Below are positions 1 to 11,699 of a DNA stretch of 64,000 bases, piece by piece. The translations under genes and the position numbers were made by a program. The DNA lies in NCBI GenBank assembly GCA_973851085.1, contig OZ316775.1, positions 19,716,001 through 19,780,000 on the forward strand. The letters are read 5' to 3'. Every line of letters begins with the position of its first letter. The stretch's first letter is position 1. The stretch comes from Ptychomitrium polyphyllum. Its lineage: Eukaryota. The notes under the pieces were generated by a model, which searched no databases, was not told where the DNA came from, and was given only the letters and a program-made list of their open reading frames with translations.

Positions 1-450
1 CTTCTTCCGATCCATGTTCACTCACGATTCTCCCCTCCTCCACTCCAGATCACCACCACAAGAACAACACCACCAACAACACAGACAACGACCAATCAAC
101 CAACACAGAGGGGACCCAACTCGCAGACAAGTGAATTCAACCCTGATCTCCAAACTCCAGCAGACAGGCAGGAAGAAGAAGAGGGTTCTGTGCAACGGTT
201 GGAAATAGAAAAACCCTCACCCACCCACCCCTCTCTCACTGTTTCCACCTCCCCCCTCCCCTCCCCTCTCTTCCCCTCCCCCTCTCTCCCCCCGCCCCCA
301 CCCCCACTTTCTCTCTCTCCCTAGTAGAAACTCAGCGCGAAACTACAACCCAAAGTGAAAACTTCACCAAACCTTCAACTTTCAGGAACTTTTAGGAACA
401 GTTTTTAGGAACCCTCACACGCACATTTCGCTGCCACCCATGGCCGGACA
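1..450 (-). other. Probable 5' end (leader and promoter-proximal region) of a minus-strand gene running off the left edge
   Basis: Higher-GC sequence with a long C/T tract at 215-322. Minus-strand ATG at 15-13 reads MDRKK to the window edge. Possible GTGAG donor at 220. No product can be assigned. Confidence 0.3.
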
Positions 451-1691
451 ACTACCTTCTGGAATAAGTGGCAAAATAAGTGAAAAACAGCCTCAAAACC
501 AAAACTTTCGGAGGACAAAATTAAGTGAAAACTGTAGGGAACTCCTCCAAGTGAGTGGATCCAGGTTTTCAAGCGAAGATTTTGGAAGCCTAGCTGCCAG
601 GCAGGGGTTCCTAGAAAATCAAATAAAAAATCTTCCCACCACTGTGACTGGCACAGAGTTTGAGGATCGACGTTGCAACGGCACTCTCATCGCAAACCAG
701 GCTCTTGCCTGTGCCTTCGGTGGGACGGAAGCATTTAACCGTCACTGAATCCAAAACCAACACTATCTACGGGTAGCATCACAGAGTCTACATCAGCTAT
801 AGATTTTTTCGGTTTCACGAACCCATTCCGAATCCACTGACATTCGTGTACGTAAATTCGATAGTATCTAAACCCTGTGTAGATATGAAAAAGCCAAGTA
901 AATGTACTCGGTAGAGAGTGTCAGCTTTCGGGTACAGCGGCGATTTTAGGATCCGTCGTCTGCGCTTTGATCAGTCGGTACTAGGAAGGCCGTAGTGACG
1001 CTGCTGGGGCAAACTCACCTAACTTGCTGCCATGACCCCCTTTTCCCTTTAAGAAATTTAATGTTGTGTTTTTTCTGTTCACCGTGATATGGGGGCTTGC
1101 GGGTCGGTGACATGGCATTGGGCAGGCTTGGTTGTCATCATGCCACAGGTGGCCCTATTTGGCACCCTCTTGCTGCAAAGGAGAAAAGCCACATCATAGG
1201 AATGGATGATATTTTAAAACATTATTTAGTGGCCTTAGACATTACTTTGGAAACCTCGAAGAGTGTTCCAATATTTGTGACAAGTCCTTCTTATTATGGT
1301 TTTGTAAATGAATCATAACAATGATAGTGATAATAATGATAGTGGTGTATCATTTTTTTGTTGTGGTTAATATTTTTAAGTAATTTTTTTTAAAGAATAT
1401 TACTCAAATTTCTTTTTATACATTTATATTATTATTAAATATAATAATAGTAAACTTAAATAAAAATTGTTCCAACTATTTTTATAATTAAAGCAAAAGA
1501 TTGTCAAATCTATTGATTTTGAATTTATTGATCTTATTTTGAAAAGCACTTTAAAAGTAGCTTTCTATGATCAATTTATCCCACATATTATAAGAAATGA
1601 AAAAGTATAGTAAAATGAAATTAGAAGACTTTAATTGTATGCTTATGTTTAAAGTATTTAAAAAAATGTAAGAATTAAAAGAAAAAAAAAT

Positions 1692-1829
1692 TGTTAGGAA
1701 CATAAGAAGTAAAGAACTAAAAAAGAAGTGGTTTTAAAAACTAACCTCTAAAGAATTACTAAATAATAAGGATTGGTATAAAATTTCAAAATAAGACAAT
1801 ATGATGGATGTGTTCAACAAGTTGTATTC
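1692..1829 (-). mobile_element. Old, degenerate inverted LTR fragment that was the target of element A
   Basis: TGTTAGGAACATAAGAA...AAAAACTAACCTCTAAAGAA...ACAAGTTGTATT loosely aligns with the reverse-complemented family-1 LTR end (TGTTAGGGACACAAGAA...AAAAATTAGCTTCCAAAGAG...ACAACTTGTGTT). It may resume after 9585. Confidence 0.45.
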
Positions 1830-4509
1830 ATCACGGACATAGATTATACAACATAGTCCTTTGAACATTCTAGAACCTTCTAGTATACTATAATAGTTTC
1901 TTAGAATACTTTTAAATGTCTCCATAGCCTTTCCATGTTTTTAGGAAGCTTTTTAGGAAAGTTCCTCTACCTTAGCAAACTTCCTAGGAAGGTTCTATCT
2001 CTTTAGGAAACTTCCTAAGAAGGTTCCGCTATCTTAAGAAACTTCCAAGGAAGGTTCTAGCTCTTTGGAAGCTTCTTAAGAAGATTCCAATATCTTATGA
2101 AACTTTTGGGAAAGGTTCCCTAGACTTCTAGAACATTCTTAAGCCTTGTAGGAAGCTTCTTTAGAAGTATCTTAGGAGATACAAACGTCATAGTATAAAT
2201 AGGAGGCAAGACAAGGTATTCCTTAGTCTTGCTAACACAATTTGTGGATCATCTTGAATCCTGCCTTGTTTTAGTCTTTATATAAAGTTCTTGTTAATCA
2301 TTAGTTCTTTGGAAGCTAATTCTTGGGAAACATTTTGTTTCTGCTTCTTGTTTCTTGTGCCCCTAACAGTTTGGTAAGACTACTTTTCATCTTTGTCAGA
2401 GCTAAGGTTCTTTGAAGAAGATTGTAGATTATCCATCTTCTTTAGGATTCTATAGCGTTTTAGAAGTTGCGGATTATCCTCCATTAAGCTGGCACCATAG
2501 AGTTGGTTTCTTCTTCTAGAACCAAGTATTACTTTTTTCAAAGGATGTGGATTACCTTCCTTTGAAGGTACTCATAGTCTTCTTGTCTTTGACAATTTTA
2601 AAAAATGAATAACGTGCCTAGAACATCAGAGAATAGATTTGCAACTATTGCAGACTTTCAAGAGTTATTAAATACAATTTAAACAAAACTTGCCCGCTTT
2701 AACATCACCAATAATTTGGAGCAATAGACTCGGCAAGCTGTAGAATTCAATGGTGATATTCAAAGCCTATATCAAGAGGTTGTTGGATTGTAAGAGACCA
2801 ATATTGGAAGAGAAAGCTTATATAAAACCTATGCAGAGCCAAAGATGAGCATGCCAGATATATTAGATGGATCAAGATCAAAATTGAGAGGCTTTATTCA
2901 ACAAGTAAGGCTCTTCCTTAGTTTTTGTCAATTTTGTTATACTGATGGCACAACTCAAGTGAGATCTGTGGCCACTCTTTTATCAAACAATGCACTATTG
3001 TGGTTTACATCATTAATGGAGAAGCAGTCACCATTATTGAACAACTTAGATGCTTTCATAGAAGCATTGACATCTACTTTTGGAGACACCAATCGAGAGA
3101 GGGTGGCTGAGACAAGGATCTAAAGTCTATAACAAGGACAACGCTCGGCTGTTACATATGCTGCAGAGTTTTGACAATTAGCTTGCGACCTTGATTGGAA
3201 TGATAAGGCCTTGGTCACACGGTTTTGATGGGGTTTAAGAAAGAATGTGAAGGACTTGTTACTTACAATGCTAAGAATTGAAACATTGGACAAATTCATT
3301 ACTCAAGCAATAACATGTGACAATAGACTATTTGAGAGGCGCTAAGAACAACGCTTGGGATGACGACCAATACATCAAAGTATGTCTACCACTTCTTCAA
3401 GAATATTAGAAAGCTGACCACAAGGACCAGAACCTATGCAAATTGATGCTGATTAGTTAATACGTTTGACCCCAGAAGAAAAAGGAAGGCGTTGAAGAGA
3501 AAACCTATGTTTGTATTGTGGCAAGTCTGGACATAAAGTGCGCAATTGCCAAATCAAAGGATCTGCTTTTAAGGCACAAAGTATTAGGGACACAAAAAAC
3601 AAGAAGCAGAAACGAAGTGTTTTCCAAAAATTAGCTTCCAAAAAGCTAATGTTTAACAAGAACTTGATACAAAGACTAAAACAAGGCGGGATTCAAGATG
3701 ATCCACAACTTGTGTTGGTAAGACTAAGGAATACCTTGTCTTGCTTCCTATTTATACTATGACATTTGTATCTCTTAGGATATTTCTAAAGAAGCTTCCT
3801 ACAAGGCTTAAAAATGTTGTAGAAGTCTAGGGAACCTTTCCCAGAAGTTTCTTAAGATATTGGAACCTTCTTAAGAAGCTTCCAAGGAATTGGAACCTTC
3901 CTTGGAAGTTTTCTAAGGTAGCGGAACCTTCTTAGGAAGTTTCCTAAAGAGGTAGAACCTTCATAGGAAGTTCCTAAGCTAATGGAACCTTCTAAGGAAG
4001 TTTCCTAAGGTGATGGAATCTTTGTAGGAAGTTTCTTAAGAAGTTACCTAAGATGATGGAACCTTCCTAGGAAATTTCCTAAGGTGGAGGAACTTTCCTA
4101 AGAAGCTTCCTAAGAACATGGAAAGGCTATGGAGACATGTAAAGGTATTCTGAGAAGCTATTATAGTATACTAGAAGGTTCTAGAATATTCAAAGGACTA
4201 TGTTGCATGATCTATGTTTGTGACACAAAGCACAATGGTGGAGTTGGAAAACGAGGCTGTCCAGTCACAATAGGGACCATGTAACTGGACACCACAAGGA
4301 AACAACCATCAAATTAAGGTCTCTTACAACCTTCAAGTCCTACCTCTTGTTTTATATTTCCTATCAAAATTACATCGTTAGATGATGAAATAGTTTATGA
4401 AGCTCTCTTAGACACGAGTGCAACGGCATGTTTTATAGCCAAGGATTTTGCAACTAAACATCACATGGTGCTTGAGAACAAAAAATACCTCGCACCTATT
4501 GAAGTTATT
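1830..4509 (+). mobile_element. Ty3/gypsy chromovirus family 1, copy A: 5' LTR, decayed gag and start of protease, interrupted
   Basis: LTR 1830-2368 ends CCTAACA. gag starts at ATG 2605 with retrotransposon-gag-like segments and the CCHC knuckle CLYCGKSGHKVRNC. Protease motif LLDTSA near 4405-4425. Many in-frame stops. Confidence 0.9.
3582..4225 (-). mobile_element. Solo LTR of family 1, inserted in reverse orientation into gag of copy A
   Basis: Reverse-complement LTR (TATTAGGGACAC...GTGACA) flanked by a perfect 5-bp TSD CAAAG (3577-3581 and 4226-4230). The host gag is collinear with copy B across the insertion. Confidence 0.93.
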
Positions 4510-4945
4510 TGTCGCAACTCTTGTAATGCATCTTAACAATCGTCAAGCGCGTCAACCCTGTACATTCCCACATACACATGGTTAACCTCCATTTTCAGTC
4601 TCCAAGTTGCAAGCTTGATTTCCAATTCCTCCTACCATTTCTCTTAGGACACCCAATTAATTGGTAGCTAATGGTTAGGTACGGACTTCTATTCATATCC
4701 AAGGCCTCACTTGGTGTTACTTTCATTTCACACGATCTAACCGCACTAAGTGGTGCTTCCTCACTACCATTCATGATTCCCATGTGATTCTAAGATCACC
4801 TTGGGCCATCATGGTGCCGGCGTGAAGACACCACCCTAACATAGTGGTAATAAGCGTGCCCTTTTTATCTCACTAGTTTCTTTTATGAAACCGATTGTTC
4901 ACCGGCTCACAATGGTATGGGAGTCCCGATGGTAAAGCCCAAAAC
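4510..4945. mobile_element. Fragment of an unrelated element (probably the LTR of another family) inserted in the protease of copy A
   Basis: Host sequence stops abruptly at GAAGTTATT (4509). New, less AT-rich sequence begins with TG (TGTCGCAACTC) and is itself cut by the copy-B LTR at 4946. Confidence 0.6.
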
Positions 4946-7900
4946 TGTCACGCACACAAATCATGCAACATAGTCTTTAGAACATTCTAGAACCTTCTAG
5001 TATACTATAATAGCTTCTTAGAATAATTTTAGATGTCTCCATAGCCTTTTTATGTTTTTAGGAAGCTTCTTACAAAAGTTCCTCCACCTTAGGAAACTTC
5101 CTAGGAAGGTTCCAACTCCTTGGAAGCTTCTTAGGAAGGTCCCAACATCTTTGGAAACTTCTTAGGAAAGTTCCCCAGACTTCCAGAACATTCTTAAGCC
5201 TTGTAGGAAGCTTCTTTGGAAGTATCCTAGGAGATACAAACGTCATAGTATAAATAGGAGGCAAGACAAGGTATTCCTTAGTCTCGCTAACACAATTTGT
5301 GGATCATCTTGAATCCTGCCTTGTTTTAGTCTTTATATAAAGTTCTTGTTAATCATTAGTTCTTTGGAAGCTAATTCTTGGGAAACATTTTGTTTCTGCT
5401 TCTTGTTTCTTGTGCCCCTAACAGTTTGGTAAGACTACTTTTCATCTTTGTCAGAGCTAAGGTTCTTTGAAGAAGATTGTGGATTATCCATCTTCTTTAG
5501 GATTCTATAGCATTTTAGAGGTTGCGGATTATCCTCCATTAAGCTGGCACCATAGAGTTGGTTTCTTCTTCTAGAACCAAGTATTATTTCTTTCAAAGGA
5601 CGTGGATTTTCACGCTTTGAAGAACTCATAGTCTTTCTGTCTTTGAGAGTCTTAAGAAATGAATAACGTGTTTGCAACATCAGAGAATAGGTTTGCAACT
5701 ATTGCAGACCTTCAAGAATTATTAAACACAGTTCGAACGAAACTCGCCCGTTTTAATACCACCAATTATTTGGAGCAACACACTCAACAAGCTGAAGAAT
5801 CCAATGGTGATATTCAAAGCCTATATCAAGAGGTTGTTTGATTGCGAAAGGCCAATATTGGAAGAGAAGGCTTACGTCGACCCCACGCAGAGCCAAAGAT
5901 TAGCATGCTAGACAAGTTCGATGGATCAAGATCAAAATTGAGAGGTTTGTTCAACAAGTAAGACTTTTCCTTAGTTTGCATCAATTTTGCTATCCTGATG
6001 GCACAACTCAAGTGGGATTTGTGGCCACTCTTTTATCAAACAATGCACTATCGTAGTTTGCAGCTCTAATGGAGAAGTAGTCACCATTATCGAACAACTT
6101 AGATGCTTTTCTAGAAGCATTGACATCTACTTTTGGAGACACCGACCGAGAGAGGATGGCTGAGATAAGGATCTAGAGTCTCCAACAAGGACAGCGCTCA
6201 GCTGCTACATATGCTGCAGAGTTTCGGCAATTAGCTTGTGACCTTGATTGGAATGATAAGGCCTTGGTCACACAGTTTCAATGGGGCATAAGAGAGAATG
6301 TAAAGGACTTGCTATTCATAATGCCAAGAGTTGAAACATTGGATGAATTCATTACTCAAGCAATAACATGTGACAATAGACTATTTGAGAGGCGCCAAGA
6401 ACAACGCTTGGGATGGCGACCAGTACATCAAAGCATGGCTAGTACTTCTTCAAGAATATTGGAAAGCCGACCATAAAGACCAGAACCTATGCAAATTGAT
6501 GTTGCCCAGTTCAAACGTTTGACTCTAGAAGAAAAAAAAAAGTGTTGAAGAGAAAACCTATGTTTGTATTGTGACAAGTCTGGACATAAAGTGCACGATT
6601 GCCAAATCAAAGGATCTGCCTTTAAAGCTCAGAGCACAATGGTGGAGTTGGAAAATGAGGCTGTCCAGTCACAGTAGGGACCATGTGACTGGACACCACA
6701 AGGAAACCACCATCAAATCAAGGTCTCTTACTACCTTCAAGCCCTACCTCTTGTTTTACATTTCCTATCAAAATTACATTATTAGATGATGAAATAGTTA
6801 GTGAGGCTCTCTTAGACACTGGTGCAATGGCATAATTTATAGACAAGGATTTTGCAACCAAACATCACATGGTGCTTGTGAAGAAAAAATATCCCGCACC
6901 TATTGAAGTTATTAATACACGATCTCTTGCGTCTCGCAACGTTATTGAAGAAACTCAACCCTTGGAAGTTGTTTTAGGAGACCAGGCATCTAAAATTGTC
7001 TTCAACATCATTCAATGCCAAATAAATCCTATTGTTTTGGGCCTTCCTTGATTTGAATTACATAATCCAGGAATTTTTTACCTACCTGTAGGCCCTTTGC
7101 GGTTGAAGATCTTTCAAGCACATCATGATTTTCTAGCAGCAAGACATTTTGGATTCAATAAAACAATGGAGTTGATTGGTAGAGACTATTGGTGGCCACA
7201 AATGTGGAAGTACGTAAAAGATTTTGTTAGATTATGCGACACTTGTGCAAGAGCCAAGGTACCAAGGCACCAACCTCATGGTCTCCTCTATCCGCTTCCA
7301 GTGCCAAAGGGCCTATGGTTGTCTTTATCAATGGATTTTATCACGGACCTTCCAAACTCTGATTCGAAAGATTCTATTTTTGTAGTGGTAGATCGATTTA
7401 CCAAAATGGCACATTTCATTCCATGCAAGAAGACGGTAACGGGAGAAGAAACTGCCAAGTTGTTCCTAAATCACGTCTACCGCATACATGGACTACCAGA
7501 TGATATTCTATCCGAACGAGGGTATTGTACACGATTGATGGCGAAATTGAACATGTAAATCAAATTTTGGAGCAGTACCTTTGTTGTAGCATAAACTACC
7601 AGCAAGACAACTGGATGGACCTCTTGCCTTTGGCAAAATTTGTTTACAACAATACGATGCATTCTTCAACAACTCAAAGTCCAATCTTTGCAAACTATGG
7701 CCATCATCCTTGAACGGATCCATTTCAAGTGAAGCATGTTGGAAGTCCTGCAGCAGAGGATTTTACAATTCAACTTGCTAAAATACATCAAGAAATTACC
7801 TTCCAGTTACAACAAGTTCAAGGTCGTTACAAAACTTATGTAGATTGCCATCGAAAGGACCATCCAAAGTTCAAGGTTGGAGATAACGTATTGCTCCCGC

Positions 7901-9585
7901 GACAAAATATACAGACAAAAAGACCATCAAAGAAGTTGGTCTATCAAAGGCTGGGACCGTTTAAAATCAACAAACAAATATATTTGGTTAGTTATCGCCT
8001 AAAGCTACCACCAAGCATGCAAATTCATCCAGTATTCCACGTATCATTGTTGGAAACTTATAACAAATCATAGATACCAGAGAAAATTGTCTCTCCGCCT
8101 CCTCCATTAAAAATCAATAATGAAATTGAATATGAAATGGAAGAGATCTTAGATTCACGCATCAAGAATAAACGTGTAGAGTATTTTATACATTGGCAAG
8201 GATATGGCATCAATGACCGAACATGGGAACCTTCAACGAATGTAACAAATGCATCCGAGAAGGTATGCAAATTTCATCAAAGATATCCTCAGAAACCAGG
8301 TCAATGATGATGTATCATCAGCAGCCATTAGCTTTACAGAGAAGTTTTTCCTTCATAGACAAGTATAAGAAGGGAGGAGAGATATCCAAACCTCCAATTG
8401 TATGCAGCATTATTTCCAAGATAAATCATTTCCAGATCCTAGCTAGTATGTCAAATCTTCGTGTTATCATGGATATGCGTGAAGAGCAGTCGGCCATGCC
8501 TTCATCAACAACAATATGTGTTGAGCCAACACAACTTTCTCAGCCCTTGGTAACGGAGGATCTAAGTCATGATATGAGAGGGACATCCCAACGTCAAGTA
8601 CGACCTCGTACAGAAGTATTGACTAGTCGCCCTCCACATTCCAGTCTTCATTCAGATGCTCGCACTCTAGTCATCTTGTTAGAAATTGGAAGAGTCACTC
8701 TTAGAAGATCCAAAATCTTGTTTGGAGGATGTTTTGAAGGACTTAATCAAGATTAAATCTTGAGATGGGACATTTCAACAACAGAAGTCTTGACTGGTGG
8801 TCATCGGCATTTCTTGCAAGGACTAGTTGAACTAGTGAACAAAGAACAACGAGCAGAATATGTTGTTTCACTCCTTTGACAAATTTTGGAATTTGTAGAA
8901 ATGTGACAAGCAAGCTAAGAAAAGAGCTCCTCATGGGAGTTGTCGCTAAATGGGGAGGTGATGTCACGGACATAGATCATGCAACATAGTCCTTAGAACA
9001 TTCTAGAACCTTCTAGTATACTATAATAGCTTCTTAGAATACTTTTAGATGTCTCTATAGCCATTTTATGTTTTTAGAAAGCTTTCTACAAAAGTTCCTC
9101 CACCTTAGATAACTTCCTGGAAAGATTCCATCATCTTAGGAAACTTCTTGGGAAGGTTTTATTTCTTTAAGAAACTTCCTATGAAGGTTCCGTTACCATA
9201 GGAAACTTCCTAGGAAGGTTCTAATTCCTTGGAAGCTTCTTAGGAAGGTTCCAACATCTTAGGAAACTTCTTGGGAAGATTCCTTAGACTTCCAGAACAT
9301 TCTTAAGCCTTGTAGGAAACTTCTTGGCAAGGTTCCTTAGACTTCCAGAACATTCTTAAGCCTTGTAGAAAGCTTCTTTAGAAGTATCCTAAGAGATACA
9401 AACGTCCTAGTATAAATAAGAGGCAAGACAAGGTATTCCTTAGTCTTGCCAACACAAGTTGTGAATCATCTTGAATCCCGCCTTGTTCTAGTCTTTGTAT
9501 CAAGTTCTTGTTAATCATTAGCTCTTTGGAAGCTAATTTTTGGGAAACACTTTGTTTCTGCTTCTTGTTTCTTGTGTCCCTAACA
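4946..9585 (+). mobile_element. Ty3/gypsy chromovirus family 1, copy B: LTR-gag-PR-(RT/RH deleted)-INT-chromodomain-ORF3-LTR
   Basis: LTRs 4946-5423 and 8962-9585 (TG...CA). PPT AAATGGGGAGGTGA before 8962. gag 5659-6677, protease LLDTGA, integrase HHCC and SMDFITDLP, GPF motif, chromodomain YEMEEILDSRIKNKRVEYFIHWQGYG..TWEP (8131-8232). About 1.8 kb is deleted at 7070 relative to copy D. Confidence 0.93.
8448..8975 (+). pseudogene. Extra sense ORF (ORF3) of copy B between pol and the 3' LTR; function unknown
   Basis: One uninterrupted frame from ATG 8448 (or 8469) through the PPT to TAG inside the LTR. Its four internal stops (TAA/TGA) are each one C>T change from a sense codon. A homologous peptide is present in copies C and D. 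Confidence 0.7.
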
Positions 9586-11699
9586 CATTCTATGCTAAGA
9601 AAAGTTTCTTCTTTTGTTTTATTGATTTGATTGAAGTTGGATGTCCAAAACAATGTCTTTGTATTGACTTTGGCACACTCTATTTATATCTTTAAGAGGC
9701 TACAATATAAAAAAAGGTGCTTGATATTTTAAGCAAAATTTTGGAGTTCTATATTAATAATAATGGTAATGAAATTAAATCTTTCAAAAAATATATAGAT
9801 AAATAGATGATCCAAATTTGGAAGAACAAAGTCTTTCAATTTTTTAAAGAAAAAAGGTATTTTTCAATTCCTTTGTAAGTATTCAACTTTTTGCACCTAA
9901 TCATTAATCTAAAAATTGCTTTAGTGGTTATTTTTTTTTCCTTTCCAATCATCCATTTGTATGGTTTATGTTGTTATTTTAAATAAAATTATTAAATTCT
10001 TTTTATGCAAGGCTTGTATATTTTATTAAAAATGATTATATTCACCAACTTTTTTTGTAAAGATTTTACAATATAAAAACCATTGATACTTATATTAATA
10101 GTAAAAATATTCATGCTTAATAAAATGTGCTAATCTTGTATAAAAGCTTTAGATATACATGGAAAATAAAATAAAGATTGTTCCAATCTTGATAATGCAT
10201 GGAATATATATAGTACATTATAAATTAGACTTTTCATAACCATTATTATGCTCTTATCAATTGACCATATTCAACTTAAAATCAAAAGTAGATTCAAGAA
10301 AATACCAAATGATATTTACATGGATCGGATATTTTCTTCTTTCATGCTTTTGAAAGCTTTAAAGATCATATTTATAATCCTATTATTTTCAAATTCAACA
10401 TTTTATCAAAAATTCATAGTATATTTTAAAATTATTGCTAAATTTCAAAATTAAACTTCCATTAGATTTGAATATTTTTTTAAACTTCAAAATAATTGCT
10501 CTATATTAAACTTGGATCTTTATTCATACCAAATTCCTTAAAGCATTAATTATAAAGAAACTATCTAATATTTATCTTAATCTACTCACTTTTGAATGAT
10601 GTCTATGATTGCTGTGTTATTATTTATGTAATTTTTGAATCCAAGGATGGTATTGTGAACAATATTGAGTTTTAAAATGTGTGTCTTTCCAAAACAACTA
10701 CTTAAATAGCAATGACAATCATAAATTGTGTAAAAAGCGCCTTGAATCATTTCTATATTAAAAAAATTAATTATTAATTGTTCTTTTGCACAAATGAAAA
10801 AAATCCATTGTAAATGAATATTAAGAGGTACCTTTTTTCAAATCATAAATAACTTAGAAAAAGGTTAAATAAGTTTTATGAAAGGTATTCTCAAAGGTTA
10901 GTAAACATTACATTCTTTAGTGCTAATGACCTTGCATCATTTGTATAAAAGAGCATGTGAATCATAGAACTTTATCAATATAATTGGTCACAATTTTCAA
11001 ATTATTTTATAAGGTTGTACACCTTGTTTTGTTGCTCACAAGAGACACAATTTGAAAATAGATAAGAAATTGAGTTGGCCACCTATATGGTAGTAATAAT
11101 CAACAGAAAGTCTACTTCCATTGGCCTTCTTTGGAGTGCTCATAGAATAGTGACTTCAGAATTTACCTATAAGAGAGGGTTTTCTGTATTTTAATTATTT
11201 TAATATCTTCATTTTTTCTCTTTTGGATCATCCTTTGTTTAAGTACCCATGCCTCGGGCTCAAATTGAATAATATTATAGTATTGTTGATTATCTAGCTA
11301 TGGATAGGTGTTCATCAAATAGGTGATTGTTCATGTCAAAAGGACATCCGACATTGTTCATTGCTTCTCACTTCTGCAGGATCTTGGGAGTCTAAGCATT
11401 AAGGTTAGAGTGTTGTCAAGTCAAATTTGCCATTTTAAAGTCTGGCAGAGCTGGACAAAGCATTCCTACAAGAGCAAGAAACAGAGCTCATCTTGGCTTT
11501 ATTTCTAACCGGCCGATCCATGCTCAACACTGCAAATAATTGCTACAGAAAGAAAAATAGCCAAAGATAAGAACATACCAGTGTACTGGAAGCCTCAACA
11601 ATATGCCTTTCGCTCTCCTGCACGAGGTAACATGGATATACTAGCTAGCTACTCTTGAAAAACCAGATAACAGAAGTGCTCTACACATGTTCACTGGTA

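Noticed and set aside
1940..2160. Regularly spaced palindromic repeats resembling a CRISPR array
   Set aside because: They are degenerate tandem subrepeats inside LTRs, with no unique spacers and no cas genes, in a eukaryotic context.
8448..8975. ORF3 as a retroviral env gene
   Set aside because: It is in the env position but is short and lacks a signal peptide, furin site and transmembrane helix.
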